DNA from: Planctomycetota bacterium | GTDB lineage: Bacteria > Planctomycetota > SZUA-567 > H5-PLA8 | Assembly: GCA_038227875.1 (NCBI GenBank) | Contig: JBBRPR010000011.1 | Span: 64,001 to 128,000, forward strand | DNA length: 64,000 nt | Direction: 5' to 3' | In this document: positions 19,101-28,557 of the stretch, one piece after another | How positions within the stretch are numbered: position 1 is the first letter of the stretch | Layout of the letters: every line of letters begins with the position of its first letter | Notes under the pieces: generated by a model | What the model saw: the letters and a program-made list of their open reading frames with translations, nothing else | Told to the model about the DNA's origin: nothing | Database searches by the model: none | Translations under genes and position numbers: made by a program

Positions 19101-19880
19101 CTACCTCTTCCCTGTCGCCAGGTTGTGCTGCGTCAGGAAATCGTAGCTGTCGCGCACCGCCCGGACCATGTCCGTCGCGCAAAGATCCAGTTCGACGATG
19201 TTCCATTCCACCGACGCGTATTCACCCGCGCGGATGGCCGAGGGAATGTCGATGCGTCCCTGTCCCGCCGCCACCATCGGCGCACCGCGGTTGGCTTTGT
19301 CGGCCGGGCCGTCCTTGATGTGGAGCAGCGTGACGCGGCGCGCGTAGCGCTGGATCACGTCGGCCGGAACCGCGCCGCCGAGCGTCGCCCAGTAAATGTC
19401 CAGCTCCAGTTCCAGGCCGGGCGTGTTGTCGTAGAAGTATTCCGCCACGCCTGGAACCTGAAATTCCCATTCGTGATTGTGGTAGGCGACCTTCAGGTCC
19501 TGCGATTTGAAGAACGAGACTGCGTCGTTGGCCTTGTCCACCGCCGCCTTCGCTGCGTCGATCGAGGCAAATTCGTTCCGTCCAAATCCGGAAACGATGC
19601 GGGTAAGCCCCAATTCCTTCGCGTCTTCGACGATCTTTGCGCGCGCATTGACATCAAAGGCGCCGACGTGGGCCGCGCAGATTTTCATGCCGAGTTCATC
19701 GATCTGAATTTTGAATTCCCGCGCCGTCTTGCCGAAGAAACTGCCGCCGGTTTCAACGCCTGCAAAACCCGCTGCCGCAATCGCCTGCAAGGTGCCGATG
19801 GAATCGGTCTTGCACGCTTCGCGCACGGTATAGAGCTGAACGCCAATGGGACGCGGTGGAAGTGTGGACATGAAATGCAT
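19101..19880 (-). CDS. Sugar phosphate isomerase/epimerase (xylose isomerase-like TIM barrel)
   Basis: GVQLYTVR, YHNHEWEF, ELDIYW, LHIKD, VELD. Confidence 0.9.
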   Translation of the reverse strand: MHFMSTLPPRPIGVQLYTVREACKTDSIGTLQAIAAAGFAGVETGGSFFGKTAREFKIQIDELGMKICAAHVGAFDVNARAKIVEDAKELGLTRIVSGFGRNEFASIDAAKAAVDKANDAVSFFKSQDLKVAYHNHEWEFQVPGVAEYFYDNTPGLELELDIYWATLGGAVPADVIQRYARRVTLLHIKDGPADKANRGAPMVAAGQGRIDIPSAIRAGEYASVEWNIVELDLCATDMVRAVRDSYDFLTQHNLATGKR

Positions 19881-20021
19881 TACCTCTTAGTGGAAGTGGA
19901 AACGATGGATACAACACTGCGCAGAAGTATCGAGTGTGGAGATTGAGAGTCAAGTTGCGCCACAGCGACGAGAGACCCTGCTTGTAAGCAGTCCTTTGCG
20001 GCTTTGCGTGAAACAAGCGAA

Positions 20022-21026
20022 TTACTTCTTCGGCTCAACCACAGCTGGCGTTTCATCCGGGCCGGCCATCGGCGCTGTCGGCGAGGTGGATGTCGCCGGC
20101 GCTGAACCGACATCGAATGGCGACTTCACGTGCTCGCTCAATTCGACTTCCGCTGAGCCAATTGGAATCTCGACGTTCAATCGCAGTGGGATGCCGGTTT
20201 CGACATCGACGCAGACGACCATCGAACCTTTTTTCACGAACAGGCCTTTAAAAGGCGGGTCGGTGAGGATCTTGACGTACTTGCGGTTCTTCAGGTCGCC
20301 GAAATCGCCGGTCTGAATGCTGTCGAGAAACTTCATACGCGTAGCCCAGACGCGCCGGTCGGTGCAGATCGGCAGGTCGAGCGTGTCTTTGGCTTTGAAT
20401 TTCGTGAAATCGAGCGAGCGCAGATAATAGATCGCGGAGAGTGGATCGAGCACGTTGCCCTTAAGCGGAATCGTGTGCGATCGCCACTTGTCGTCGACCA
20501 GGCGGCGGCGCTCATAAGTCGCCTGCATGTTTTTGTAATCGTAATCGAAGTTGACGACCTCTTCGTCTTTAACGTCACCGTCCTTTTTGTCGAGATGGCA
20601 GAAGCGGCTGAATCCGCCGAGCACATCGATCTTCGACGTCGCGCGGTCGCGTACATCGTAAAAGAGCGAGATCGCATGGTTGGACTTGGTGTTGAGCGTC
20701 ACGATCCAGACGGACGGACTGCCGGGATTGGGCTCCATGGTATCCAGCTTCTGGACTTCCAGAGCCGCCTTGCCGGCCGGCATGCCGTTGACGCGGATGT
20801 CGTACACCAGCGATTCGCCGACGGTCAGCTTCAGCGCCGCTTTCGCCAATTCGGGGATGACTTCGGGCGTCTTATCCAGCTTGGTGTGATCGTTGTCGTC
20901 GCCGGGCGCCTTGGATCGCACAACTTCCGGAGTCGACTCGGCCCGCGCGAGCGTGGACAAACCGGCCACCAGCGGCAAGCCGCAAAGCACCAGTGCACGA
21001 ATCGCCGCGACCACCCGACTACTCAA
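20022..21026 (-). CDS. DUF3108-like secreted protein
   Basis: Signal peptide, GESLVYDI..G..AG, DPLSAIYYLR, IPLRLNVEIPIG. Confidence 0.8.
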   Translation of the reverse strand: MSSRVVAAIRALVLCGLPLVAGLSTLARAESTPEVVRSKAPGDDNDHTKLDKTPEVIPELAKAALKLTVGESLVYDIRVNGMPAGKAALEVQKLDTMEPNPGSPSVWIVTLNTKSNHAISLFYDVRDRATSKIDVLGGFSRFCHLDKKDGDVKDEEVVNFDYDYKNMQATYERRRLVDDKWRSHTIPLKGNVLDPLSAIYYLRSLDFTKFKAKDTLDLPICTDRRVWATRMKFLDSIQTGDFGDLKNRKYVKILTDPPFKGLFVKKGSMVVCVDVETGIPLRLNVEIPIGSAEVELSEHVKSPFDVGSAPATSTSPTAPMAGPDETPAVVEPKK

Positions 21027-21205
21027 CGTAAATGCCCTCTTTCTTTAAAGTTACACAGCCCACTACGGCGCCGCGCCACACGGACGAAACCGGCTTTCTT
21101 TGAATTCCCGAAGTATACGTTTTAAGGTAAAGACGTTCAAGAACTTAGGCACATTGTGCAAAATTTAAATAATTACATCGGAACGTGACACCTCATTGGT
21201 TTTTG

Positions 21206-21227
21206 GTGGTTGCAAATTTGCAACCAC
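21206..21227. promoter_or_regulatory. Perfect 22-bp palindrome, candidate regulator site
   Basis: GTGGTTGCAAATTTGCAACCAC in an AT-rich intergenic region. Confidence 0.4.
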
Positions 21228-21275
21228 GATTTCACGCACAATGGAAGGTCGATCAAGCAGAATAAGATTGGCCGC

Positions 21276-21755
21276 TCACAACGAAAATGTCTTCCGAATC
21301 ATTCGGCTTACACGCGCCATCAACCGCGAGGACGCGAAGGTTACGCACTTCAAATCGTCGTGTTCCATCCAGCCGCCGTAACACACCAGGCAGCGTCGCA
21401 CCGTTGCGCCCGATCCGCGGCGGTCGTGAATCGCAACGAGCGAACCGGCGCAGCACGGGCATTCCCAGGTCGTTGATGCGGCGTCAGCATCCGGAGTTTG
21501 TCGCGGTTCCGGCCACGTTTGAGAACCGGCCGCGCGCATCGCGACGTCGGAATCCTTCTCGTAAAACCACGCACCGCCACAGCTGACGCAATGATGAAAT
21601 TCCACGTTGTCGATCATGCACAGAACCAGCGACGACGCCTGATCCTTCGATCCACAGCATTTCGGACACTGCAACCGCGCGGGGCGAAGGGCAGTGGTGG
21701 TGTTCATCGGGCGGAATGCCGACGTCGTGTTGGAAAGTGTGACAGGTTCGCTCAT
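21276..21755 (-). CDS. Tandem zf-TFIIB-type zinc ribbon protein
   Basis: CPKC..CVSCGGAWF and CPCC..CLVCYGGWM. Confidence 0.75.
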   Translation of the reverse strand: MSEPVTLSNTTSAFRPMNTTTALRPARLQCPKCCGSKDQASSLVLCMIDNVEFHHCVSCGGAWFYEKDSDVAMRAAGSQTWPEPRQTPDADAASTTWECPCCAGSLVAIHDRRGSGATVRRCLVCYGGWMEHDDLKCVTFASSRLMARVSRMIRKTFSL

Positions 21756-21880
21756 GGCTACCTTTCGCGGGAAGGATAAGCGGACGCCGCGCCAATCTGC
21801 GCACGTCCAAAAGCCGTTCATGAGTGGGTATCGTCAGATTAAGCCAGCGAGTTCAGGATTTCATAAATTGCCTGCATGCA

Positions 21881-21913
21881 AAGAAAAAGGGGGACGGCCA
21901 AAGCCGTCCCCCC
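21881..21913 (-). terminator. Intrinsic terminator after the 819-aa gene
   Basis: AGGGGGACGGC-CAAA-GCCGTCCCCCT hairpin followed by a U-tract on the minus strand. Confidence 0.8.
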
Positions 21914-21940
21914 TCTCTGCTTCCGTTAACTCTTGCGCCG

Positions 21941-24400
21941 TTACTGCTTTTTTAGATCGCTGTTGCCGGTGGGGAATTCCACCTTGCCGCCCAAGCGCCG
22001 TTCCAGCGCCGCGCGCGGCAGGCCGGACATCTTCCCGTCGATCGTGAGCACGTGATGTAGCAGCTTGGTTCCGTCGTTCGACTTGACCAGCAGGGTCGGT
22101 TCGCGCTCGTAGAGGATGATATCCTTGGCCAGATCCTGCAGCGACTTGCCCGGGACGTACACCAGGTTTGTCAGGTCTGAGTTATCGATGTCCTGCGGCA
22201 GATTCACGACGTTGCGCTTGAAGGGGCTTTCGAAAATCTTCAGGTCGCCCTTGTCGTAATTGGAATGCAGGTCGGAGAGCTGCAGCGGATAGCGGTCGAA
22301 ATCCGCCGCATAAAGCTGAAGGGCCAGTCCGACGCGCTTGAACTTGCTATCCACTTCTTCGGAGACCAACTTCTTCTGCTCTTCATTGATCGCCGGATAT
22401 GCAATCGACGCGATCATTGCAATCAGTGTCAGATTTCCCGTCGGCGACGAGAATTCCACCACCACGCCATCTGAATCGGGAAGCGTCGACTTGGCCCAGC
22501 CCATCGGGTACAGGTGCGACGCCAGCAGCGTCGGACTGGGCAACTGAGCCAGCGTTTCGCGGCTGAACCCGCCGGACTTGCCCAGGACAGGCAGCAGCGC
22601 CGTGTAAACATCGACAACGCGGTTGAGGTCAACGTAGTTGATTTCGTAAAGCGAATCGACGCGGAACGACTTCATCAGCGCTTTGAACTTCTTCTCTTCG
22701 CCCAGCGAGGTGCGGGGCGCGCCGTGCTGCGCGATCGACTTCTTCAAGGCTTCAAGGCTATCGGAGAACAGCACGAACTTGCGCGGCTGCGCGCCGGCTT
22801 CGACGTCCATGTCCACGCGCGCGTAGGCCGCAAAGAAGGGCAGGCTCTTCTGATCCGGCAACGCCAGATTGGGAAACAGGCCCAGCGGCGAGTTCGACTT
22901 CTTCTCTTCGCGGGGCATCATGCCCTGCTGGTAATGGATCGTGTACCCAATGTTATTGGCCGTGTAGGTCGTGGTTTGATAGCTCTGGCCAGTCGCGACT
23001 TCGACGTTTGTCATCAACGCCTTGAAGTTCTGATCGGCGACCGCGTTGTCCTTGTCCAGTTCCACGGCAAACACCGCGGTGAACGCCTGGAGTACTTCCG
23101 ACGGCGATTCCAACTTCAGGTTCGGGCGTGGGACGTACGAGATCATGACCGCCATCTCGCCCTTGAACAGGTCAAGCTTGCTGGCCAGATCGTTGTCGTT
23201 GGGCGCGTTGAGCGCAGCGCGCAACTGCTGGTCAATGATGCTGTCCCGGCCCCCGTTGGCGGACTTTGCCAAGTCCTTCACGAACCTCAGAACCGTTGGG
23301 AACGAATCGTTGAGCGCACCGGTCATCCCACTATACGCCAGGGTGTCACCGGGAGTAAACCGGGCCGTCACCGCGCGGCAGGGATCGGAGGCCTTGGGCA
23401 TCGCGGCCTTACTCATGTGAGCCAGAACTTTTTCGCGGATTGGCGCGTTTTCGCCGTCACCCACCTGGATGCCGATCGCCAATTGCGGATGCATGGATTC
23501 CTGCGCCACGTCCTGGCCATTGAGCATCGCCTTCAAATCCGTAAAGGCTTCCGTGGCGCGGGCCAGAATGCTGCGGTCGTCGAGCTGAATGTAGACCAGC
23601 GCGTCGCCGTGTTCGTCATGGCCGACTTCCTTATAGGTGTTCAAGTAGCCATTGTGGAGCGACAGGGTGCCGGCGCCGTTTTTCAAATACCGGTTGATCG
23701 CGTCTTCGACCACGTTCTTGCCCTGGCCGTAAATGAACATGTTTTCGACGAACGCCCACGTCTCGATCAGGTTGAGTTCCGGGCATTCGATGCGGTGGAT
23801 ATTGTACGCGCCGACCGTGTCATCAAAGTCGCGGAAGCGGGGATCGGTGGTCTGATTGTAGCGATGACGTTCAAAAATTTCTTCGAGCACGCGCTGGCGT
23901 TCGTCGCCCGCATCGCCCGGCGGCATGCTGGCCGCGAGCAGGAACTTGCCGGCGACATTGCCCGCCGGAAGAGCGTCGACCGCCATCGCCACTTGTCCGT
24001 CCAGGAATGGCGCGACCTTTAGTGCCAGCGCCACTTCGTCGCTGCGCCGCCGCAGTTCCAGTTCCGTGCGCGTGCCGTCACCCTTGACGTACGTGTCGCG
24101 CATCTTGGCGAGCGTTGCGGTAATCGGCGTGAGGACTTCGTCTTCCGTCACCAACGAATGAAACGCCGTACGTCCAAAAGCGTTCTTGGCGCGGAGGAAA
24201 TCCGGCGTCGAGATGTACAGGAACGGTGACTCCGAGACCAACCGGTCCGGCTTCAATTGACGCCAGGGAGCTTTTTTCTGCGGCGTCGCCGGTGGCGGCG
24301 CGGGATCGTCCTTCTTGTCTTCGCCTGCGCTAACAAAGCACAGCGAACTGCAAACGACGAGAAGTGCGACCGAGCAGAGCACGCGCGATGTGTGCTGCAT
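21941..24400 (-). CDS. Large secreted protein with C-terminal pilin/pseudopilin-like segment
   Basis: Signal peptide; IAMIASIAYPA...FKRVGLALQLYAADFDRYPLQLSDL near the C-terminus. Confidence 0.7.
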   Translation of the reverse strand: MQHTSRVLCSVALLVVCSSLCFVSAGEDKKDDPAPPPATPQKKAPWRQLKPDRLVSESPFLYISTPDFLRAKNAFGRTAFHSLVTEDEVLTPITATLAKMRDTYVKGDGTRTELELRRRSDEVALALKVAPFLDGQVAMAVDALPAGNVAGKFLLAASMPPGDAGDERQRVLEEIFERHRYNQTTDPRFRDFDDTVGAYNIHRIECPELNLIETWAFVENMFIYGQGKNVVEDAINRYLKNGAGTLSLHNGYLNTYKEVGHDEHGDALVYIQLDDRSILARATEAFTDLKAMLNGQDVAQESMHPQLAIGIQVGDGENAPIREKVLAHMSKAAMPKASDPCRAVTARFTPGDTLAYSGMTGALNDSFPTVLRFVKDLAKSANGGRDSIIDQQLRAALNAPNDNDLASKLDLFKGEMAVMISYVPRPNLKLESPSEVLQAFTAVFAVELDKDNAVADQNFKALMTNVEVATGQSYQTTTYTANNIGYTIHYQQGMMPREEKKSNSPLGLFPNLALPDQKSLPFFAAYARVDMDVEAGAQPRKFVLFSDSLEALKKSIAQHGAPRTSLGEEKKFKALMKSFRVDSLYEINYVDLNRVVDVYTALLPVLGKSGGFSRETLAQLPSPTLLASHLYPMGWAKSTLPDSDGVVVEFSSPTGNLTLIAMIASIAYPAINEEQKKLVSEEVDSKFKRVGLALQLYAADFDRYPLQLSDLHSNYDKGDLKIFESPFKRNVVNLPQDIDNSDLTNLVYVPGKSLQDLAKDIILYEREPTLLVKSNDGTKLLHHVLTIDGKMSGLPRAALERRLGGKVEFPTGNSDLKKQ

Positions 24401-24708
24401 AGGGCAATGAGACCTCCGAGCCAGCCCCCTTCAACTTCTTAGATGTGTCAACAGAATTGAACCCAAGGTTTTAGCCAGAATCACTCCGCACCGCCAGCAC
24501 TAATTTGTGCCTAACGCGTTCCATCCGGGGTAACCGTCAATCCAGTAAAGACTTCCGGATTATACCCCAAACTTCGCAAGGCGCATAATTTCGCGCTAAA
24601 GATGCCGATTTTTCCGCTGATTGCGTATCGGTTGTTTTTGGCTACCGTTGCAGCTAGATTTGATGCCGTGAACATTCCACAGCGATTTTAAGGAGTTTGT
24701 TGATCATT

Positions 24709-25377
24709 ATGGCCGACTCAAACGAAGAGAAAAAAGACGAAGTTCCCGCCGTCCGCTTCAGTGAGAAGAAGGTAGACGACAGTTGGAAGGAAGAAGTCCG
24801 CCGCGAACGCGAAGCCGCCGCACGCGCCGCCGCCGGCAAGCCCGAACCGCGCAAGGCCTCCCCCGCTTCGGCCAAAGCGCCGGCCGCACCGACATCGGCA
24901 GCTTCAGCAGCACCGTCTTCAGCAGCTGGTGAAGCGGACGCCGAGGACATGGAAGAAGCAGAAGAAGGTGGAGAAGGCGAAGCCGCACCCGACGCCAACG
25001 CCCCGAAGCTCAGCGCCGCCGAGCAGCAGCAGTCGAAGATTTTCATGAACTTCCTCGCCGGCCTCGCCCAGCAGACGCTGATGCAGATGGGCGAAATGGA
25101 AAGTCCCTTCACCGGCCAGCGCGAAGTCGACCTGCAGGGCGCCCGCTATACCATCGAGCTTCTCGCGACGGTGCAGAACAAAACCAAAGGCAATCTCTTG
25201 CCGGATGAAGCCAGCGCGCTCAAGGACGCTATCCACGATCTGAAGATGCGCTTCGTCGAAGTCACTCAGGAAGTCCAGCGCCAGATGCAGGCCAAGGCGG
25301 CGGGTGGGCCCGGAGGAATGGGCGGCGGACTGCGTCCCGGACCGGGCGGCTCAATCCCCGGCGGCAAGCGACGCTGA
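24709..25377 (+). CDS. DUF1844-like protein
   Basis: VDDSWKEEVRRE and FMNFLAGLAQQTLMQMGE..VDLQGARYTIELLATVQNKTKGNL. Confidence 0.85.
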   Translation: MADSNEEKKDEVPAVRFSEKKVDDSWKEEVRREREAAARAAAGKPEPRKASPASAKAPAAPTSAASAAPSSAAGEADAEDMEEAEEGGEGEAAPDANAPKLSAAEQQQSKIFMNFLAGLAQQTLMQMGEMESPFTGQREVDLQGARYTIELLATVQNKTKGNLLPDEASALKDAIHDLKMRFVEVTQEVQRQMQAKAAGGPGGMGGGLRPGPGGSIPGGKRR

Positions 25378-25383
25378 TTAACA

Positions 25384-25609
25384 GCATTGCGGATTTCGGA
25401 TTGCGGATTGCGGATTAGCGAAGGTTGCTAATCCCCTTTCGCAGAACGAGCGTCGAGATCGAAACTAATACCCGCGAACTTCTGAGCGATGAGTCCACTC
25501 CGCAAATGGTCGGTCTCAGAAATGCAACATTCTCGAGGCAACCTCGGCGATACGGATCGATTCGCTTCGCTAATCCGCAATCCGAAATCCGCAATCCGCA
25601 ATCCGCAAT
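25384..25609. repeat. MITE-like element, copy 2, with (GCGGATT)n inverted ends
   Basis: Heptamer arrays in inverted orientation (4 units left, 5 right); interior homologous to copy 1. Confidence 0.8.
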
Positions 25610-25631
25610 AACGACGGGCGAAAAACACGCC

Positions 25632-27260
25632 CTATTCCAGATACCCAAGGTCCGACAACCGCTTCTCAATCTCCTGCTCTTCATCCTTGCTGTACGCGCT
25701 CGACGAACCGCTCGACGTGCTCGGCGCTTTGTCGTCGATGTACTTCGTCGGTGGCGGGACTTCGAAGAGATTCGGAATGGGACGTCCGGTCATTCCTTTT
25801 GGAATCGGTTGGCCCAGGGCTTGAAGAATCGTCGGCGCCATGTCGGCGATGTTCGCGGTCGCGCCCATTCCCAATGATGGCACGATGCCTTCGCCTTCGA
25901 ACGCGTAGACACCTTGAGTACGGTGCACGCCGCCGATCGCGTTGGGCGTCGAACGTACGGCCGGGCCGCGCGTAATTTTCTTGCGCGGGTAGTAACCGTC
26001 CGCAGGGACGACCACCAGGTCCGGCAGATTCAGTTCCTGCTTGCGCGCGTAGATTTCTTCTCCCTTATAGACACGTACAAACAGGGGCGTATCGGTGCCG
26101 GGGATCTTTTCCTGCATGAACTTCGCAATCAGCGCGTCGCGCTCCTTTTCGTAATCCTCCGGCGCGACGATGCCGTGCGCTTCGCGGCCGCGCAGATTCA
26201 TGTACACGAAGCCGTAGATGCCGACGTGCGCCAGGTAAGCCTTGGTACCCGACCAATCCAGCCCCATTTCGCGACTCTTCGTGCGGCGCGAGGCCGCATC
26301 GAATGTCGTCAGCAAACGCAGCTGCCGCGACGCGCGTCCGAAACTTCCCAGCGGCTTCAGATAGCCCCACTTCGCGAGCAAATTGTTGATGAACACGCGC
26401 CCGTTGCTCAGGCCATGCCCATGGTCCGAACAGATCACCCGCAGCGTCCGGCCGGAACCGCCGGGGCGCATGCGCTGGCTGGCGCTGGAATGAAGTCCGA
26501 AGACGCGATTCAGCATCTGGTCGACGCGGCGGAAGAATTTTTTGATCTGCTCGCGGCGATACGGATTCTCGGCGGCAGTTTTCGCATCGCACCAGCGCCA
26601 CGCTTTGTGAAAGAGAATATCCGTGGCCTGCAGGTACGCGACCTGCACGCGCACCGGCCGCTCGCGTTGAAAATGGACGGCCATGCGCTCCACCAGATCG
26701 ATCGCTTCCACGCCGCGGTCGATATTCTGCGCAAAGCCCTCGTCGGTTGCCGCGTCGCCCCAATCGTCTTCGAAGTTGAAATGCAGGTCTGGCGAAATGC
26801 CCAGCACCTCCGCGCGCAGGTCTTCGGGAAACGTAAAGCGGCACTGCGTGTTGGGCGTCTCAAAGCCGCTGACGACGTAGCCGTTCTTCAGCGGAAATGG
26901 CGGATAGTTGCGCGGCAGGAAAATCGAGCCGCAGGGAATGCCAGAGTTGCTCAGCCGCGTGAAGATGCTGTCGGCCTGCGTCACGCTGCTGTCGTGGAAT
27001 TTGAAGCGGTGGTGGGCCGGATCAAATTTGACAAAGTCGACGATGCCGTGCTGCCCCGGATCTTTTCCGGTCAGAAACGTCGACCACGCCGCCGCGGTGT
27101 GCGGCGGGATGGTCGAGTCCAGAGTTCCGTAATGCGCCCGCCGCAGAAACGCAGCGAGCGCCGACATGGTTCCGTCCTGGGCCAGCGGCAGCAGCATGTC
27201 CCAGCAGACGGAATCCAAGGCGAGAATGAGGATGCGTTCAAACGGCTCAAAATTAGGCAT
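25632..27260 (-). CDS. Alkaline phosphatase superfamily (type I phosphodiesterase-like) protein
   Basis: LALDS, STIPPHTAAAWSTFLTGKDPGQHGI, SDHG, GVHRTQG, IEKRLSDLGY. Confidence 0.9.
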   Translation of the reverse strand: MPNFEPFERILILALDSVCWDMLLPLAQDGTMSALAAFLRRAHYGTLDSTIPPHTAAAWSTFLTGKDPGQHGIVDFVKFDPAHHRFKFHDSSVTQADSIFTRLSNSGIPCGSIFLPRNYPPFPLKNGYVVSGFETPNTQCRFTFPEDLRAEVLGISPDLHFNFEDDWGDAATDEGFAQNIDRGVEAIDLVERMAVHFQRERPVRVQVAYLQATDILFHKAWRWCDAKTAAENPYRREQIKKFFRRVDQMLNRVFGLHSSASQRMRPGGSGRTLRVICSDHGHGLSNGRVFINNLLAKWGYLKPLGSFGRASRQLRLLTTFDAASRRTKSREMGLDWSGTKAYLAHVGIYGFVYMNLRGREAHGIVAPEDYEKERDALIAKFMQEKIPGTDTPLFVRVYKGEEIYARKQELNLPDLVVVPADGYYPRKKITRGPAVRSTPNAIGGVHRTQGVYAFEGEGIVPSLGMGATANIADMAPTILQALGQPIPKGMTGRPIPNLFEVPPPTKYIDDKAPSTSSGSSSAYSKDEEQEIEKRLSDLGYLE

Positions 27261-27268
27261 TGGTGGGG

Positions 27269-28369
27269 TTACTTGAACTTTCCACGCTTAGGTGTCTTCT
27301 TCAAGGGGAGCACAGCGGGCTTGTGGGTCAACGCGCCCTGGTACACAGCAAGAACCAACTCTACCGCCTTGCGTGACTCCGCGCCATCGACGAGCAGTGT
27401 TTCTTTTCCGCCGATGCAGCGCGCGAAATTTTCAAACTGCTTCTGATGTCTGACAAACGAAATCGCCCGCGGATCGGCCGCACCGCTCTTGCCCTTGTCT
27501 TCCGTCGGCGGCGCGAATTTCGCCCGGATCCCCGCGTCCTCCGGTTCCTCCTTTTCGAACTGCCACGCCACCAGATGTCCGCCGCGCAGCCAGGCCGAAC
27601 CTTTTTCGCCGCTGATCTGCAATTCCGCGCCGTGGCCGGGATACATCGCGGTGCTGCCGATGATTGCGCCGACCGCTCCGGACTTGAAACGAAGCGCGCC
27701 GACTGCTGCGTCCTCAACGGCGATCCGCTTGTGTGCCAGACAGGACGCGTACGATGAAACTTCCTTCACCGGCCCCGCGATCCACTGCAGCAGATCGATG
27801 GTGTGAATCGATTGATTCATCAACGCGCCGCCGCCGTCCAGTTCCCACGTACCGCGCCAGCCGCCCGAATCGTAATACTGCTGCGTGCGCCACCAGGGAA
27901 TCAGCGCGTTGCAGACGGTGAACTTTCCAAAGCGCCCTGCATCCGCCGCCGCCTTGATCGTCTGTGCCGCTTCGTTAGTTCGCGACGGGAAAATTCCGCC
28001 GAGCTTGACCTTGGCCTTCTTACACGCAGTGATCATCTGGTCGCAACGTTCGAGCGTCACTTCCAGCGGCTTCTCGCAGACGACGTGCTTCTTGTGCTTC
28101 GCCGCCGCGAGCGCCGGTTCAAGATGTGCGCCGGAAGGCGTGGCGATGGTGACAATGTCCAATCCCGGCGCGTTGAGAAACTCTTCGAAGTCTCCCGTGT
28201 AGACTTTGACGCCGAAGGTCTTGGCGAACGTGTCGGCCTTCTCGCCGCCGGTTCGCGAATAACCGCAGACGAGGTGTCCACCGTCCATGGCCTGTATCGC
28301 CCGAGCATGAAACTCCGCGATCATTCCCAGCCCCACAATTCCAAAGCCAAACCCGCCCGATTGAGCCAT
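27269..28369 (-). CDS. Gfo/Idh/MocA oxidoreductase
   Basis: GLGMIA, CEKP, WRGTWELDGGGALMNQSIH. Confidence 0.95.
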   Translation of the reverse strand: MAQSGGFGFGIVGLGMIAEFHARAIQAMDGGHLVCGYSRTGGEKADTFAKTFGVKVYTGDFEEFLNAPGLDIVTIATPSGAHLEPALAAAKHKKHVVCEKPLEVTLERCDQMITACKKAKVKLGGIFPSRTNEAAQTIKAAADAGRFGKFTVCNALIPWWRTQQYYDSGGWRGTWELDGGGALMNQSIHTIDLLQWIAGPVKEVSSYASCLAHKRIAVEDAAVGALRFKSGAVGAIIGSTAMYPGHGAELQISGEKGSAWLRGGHLVAWQFEKEEPEDAGIRAKFAPPTEDKGKSGAADPRAISFVRHQKQFENFARCIGGKETLLVDGAESRKAVELVLAVYQGALTHKPAVLPLKKTPKRGKFK

Positions 28370-28557
28370 GCCGTCTCCTTTGTTTAAATGGTAGTTACTC
28401 CAATAAATGTAACCGCGCCGGGATGCAAGGAGCGATCGGCGTTCACACCTTTACACCGCATGAGCAAAGGCGTTTCCGAAAATACAAACACCCCGTGTCC
28501 CAGGGGTGTATATTAAGGCACTGCTTTCTTCTGCGCCTCGCGGAGTAACTCCCCGAA

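Noticed and set aside
17982..25609. GCGGATT arrays as a possible CRISPR
   Set aside because: Units are 7-nt tandem repeats with no unique spacers, and there are no cas genes
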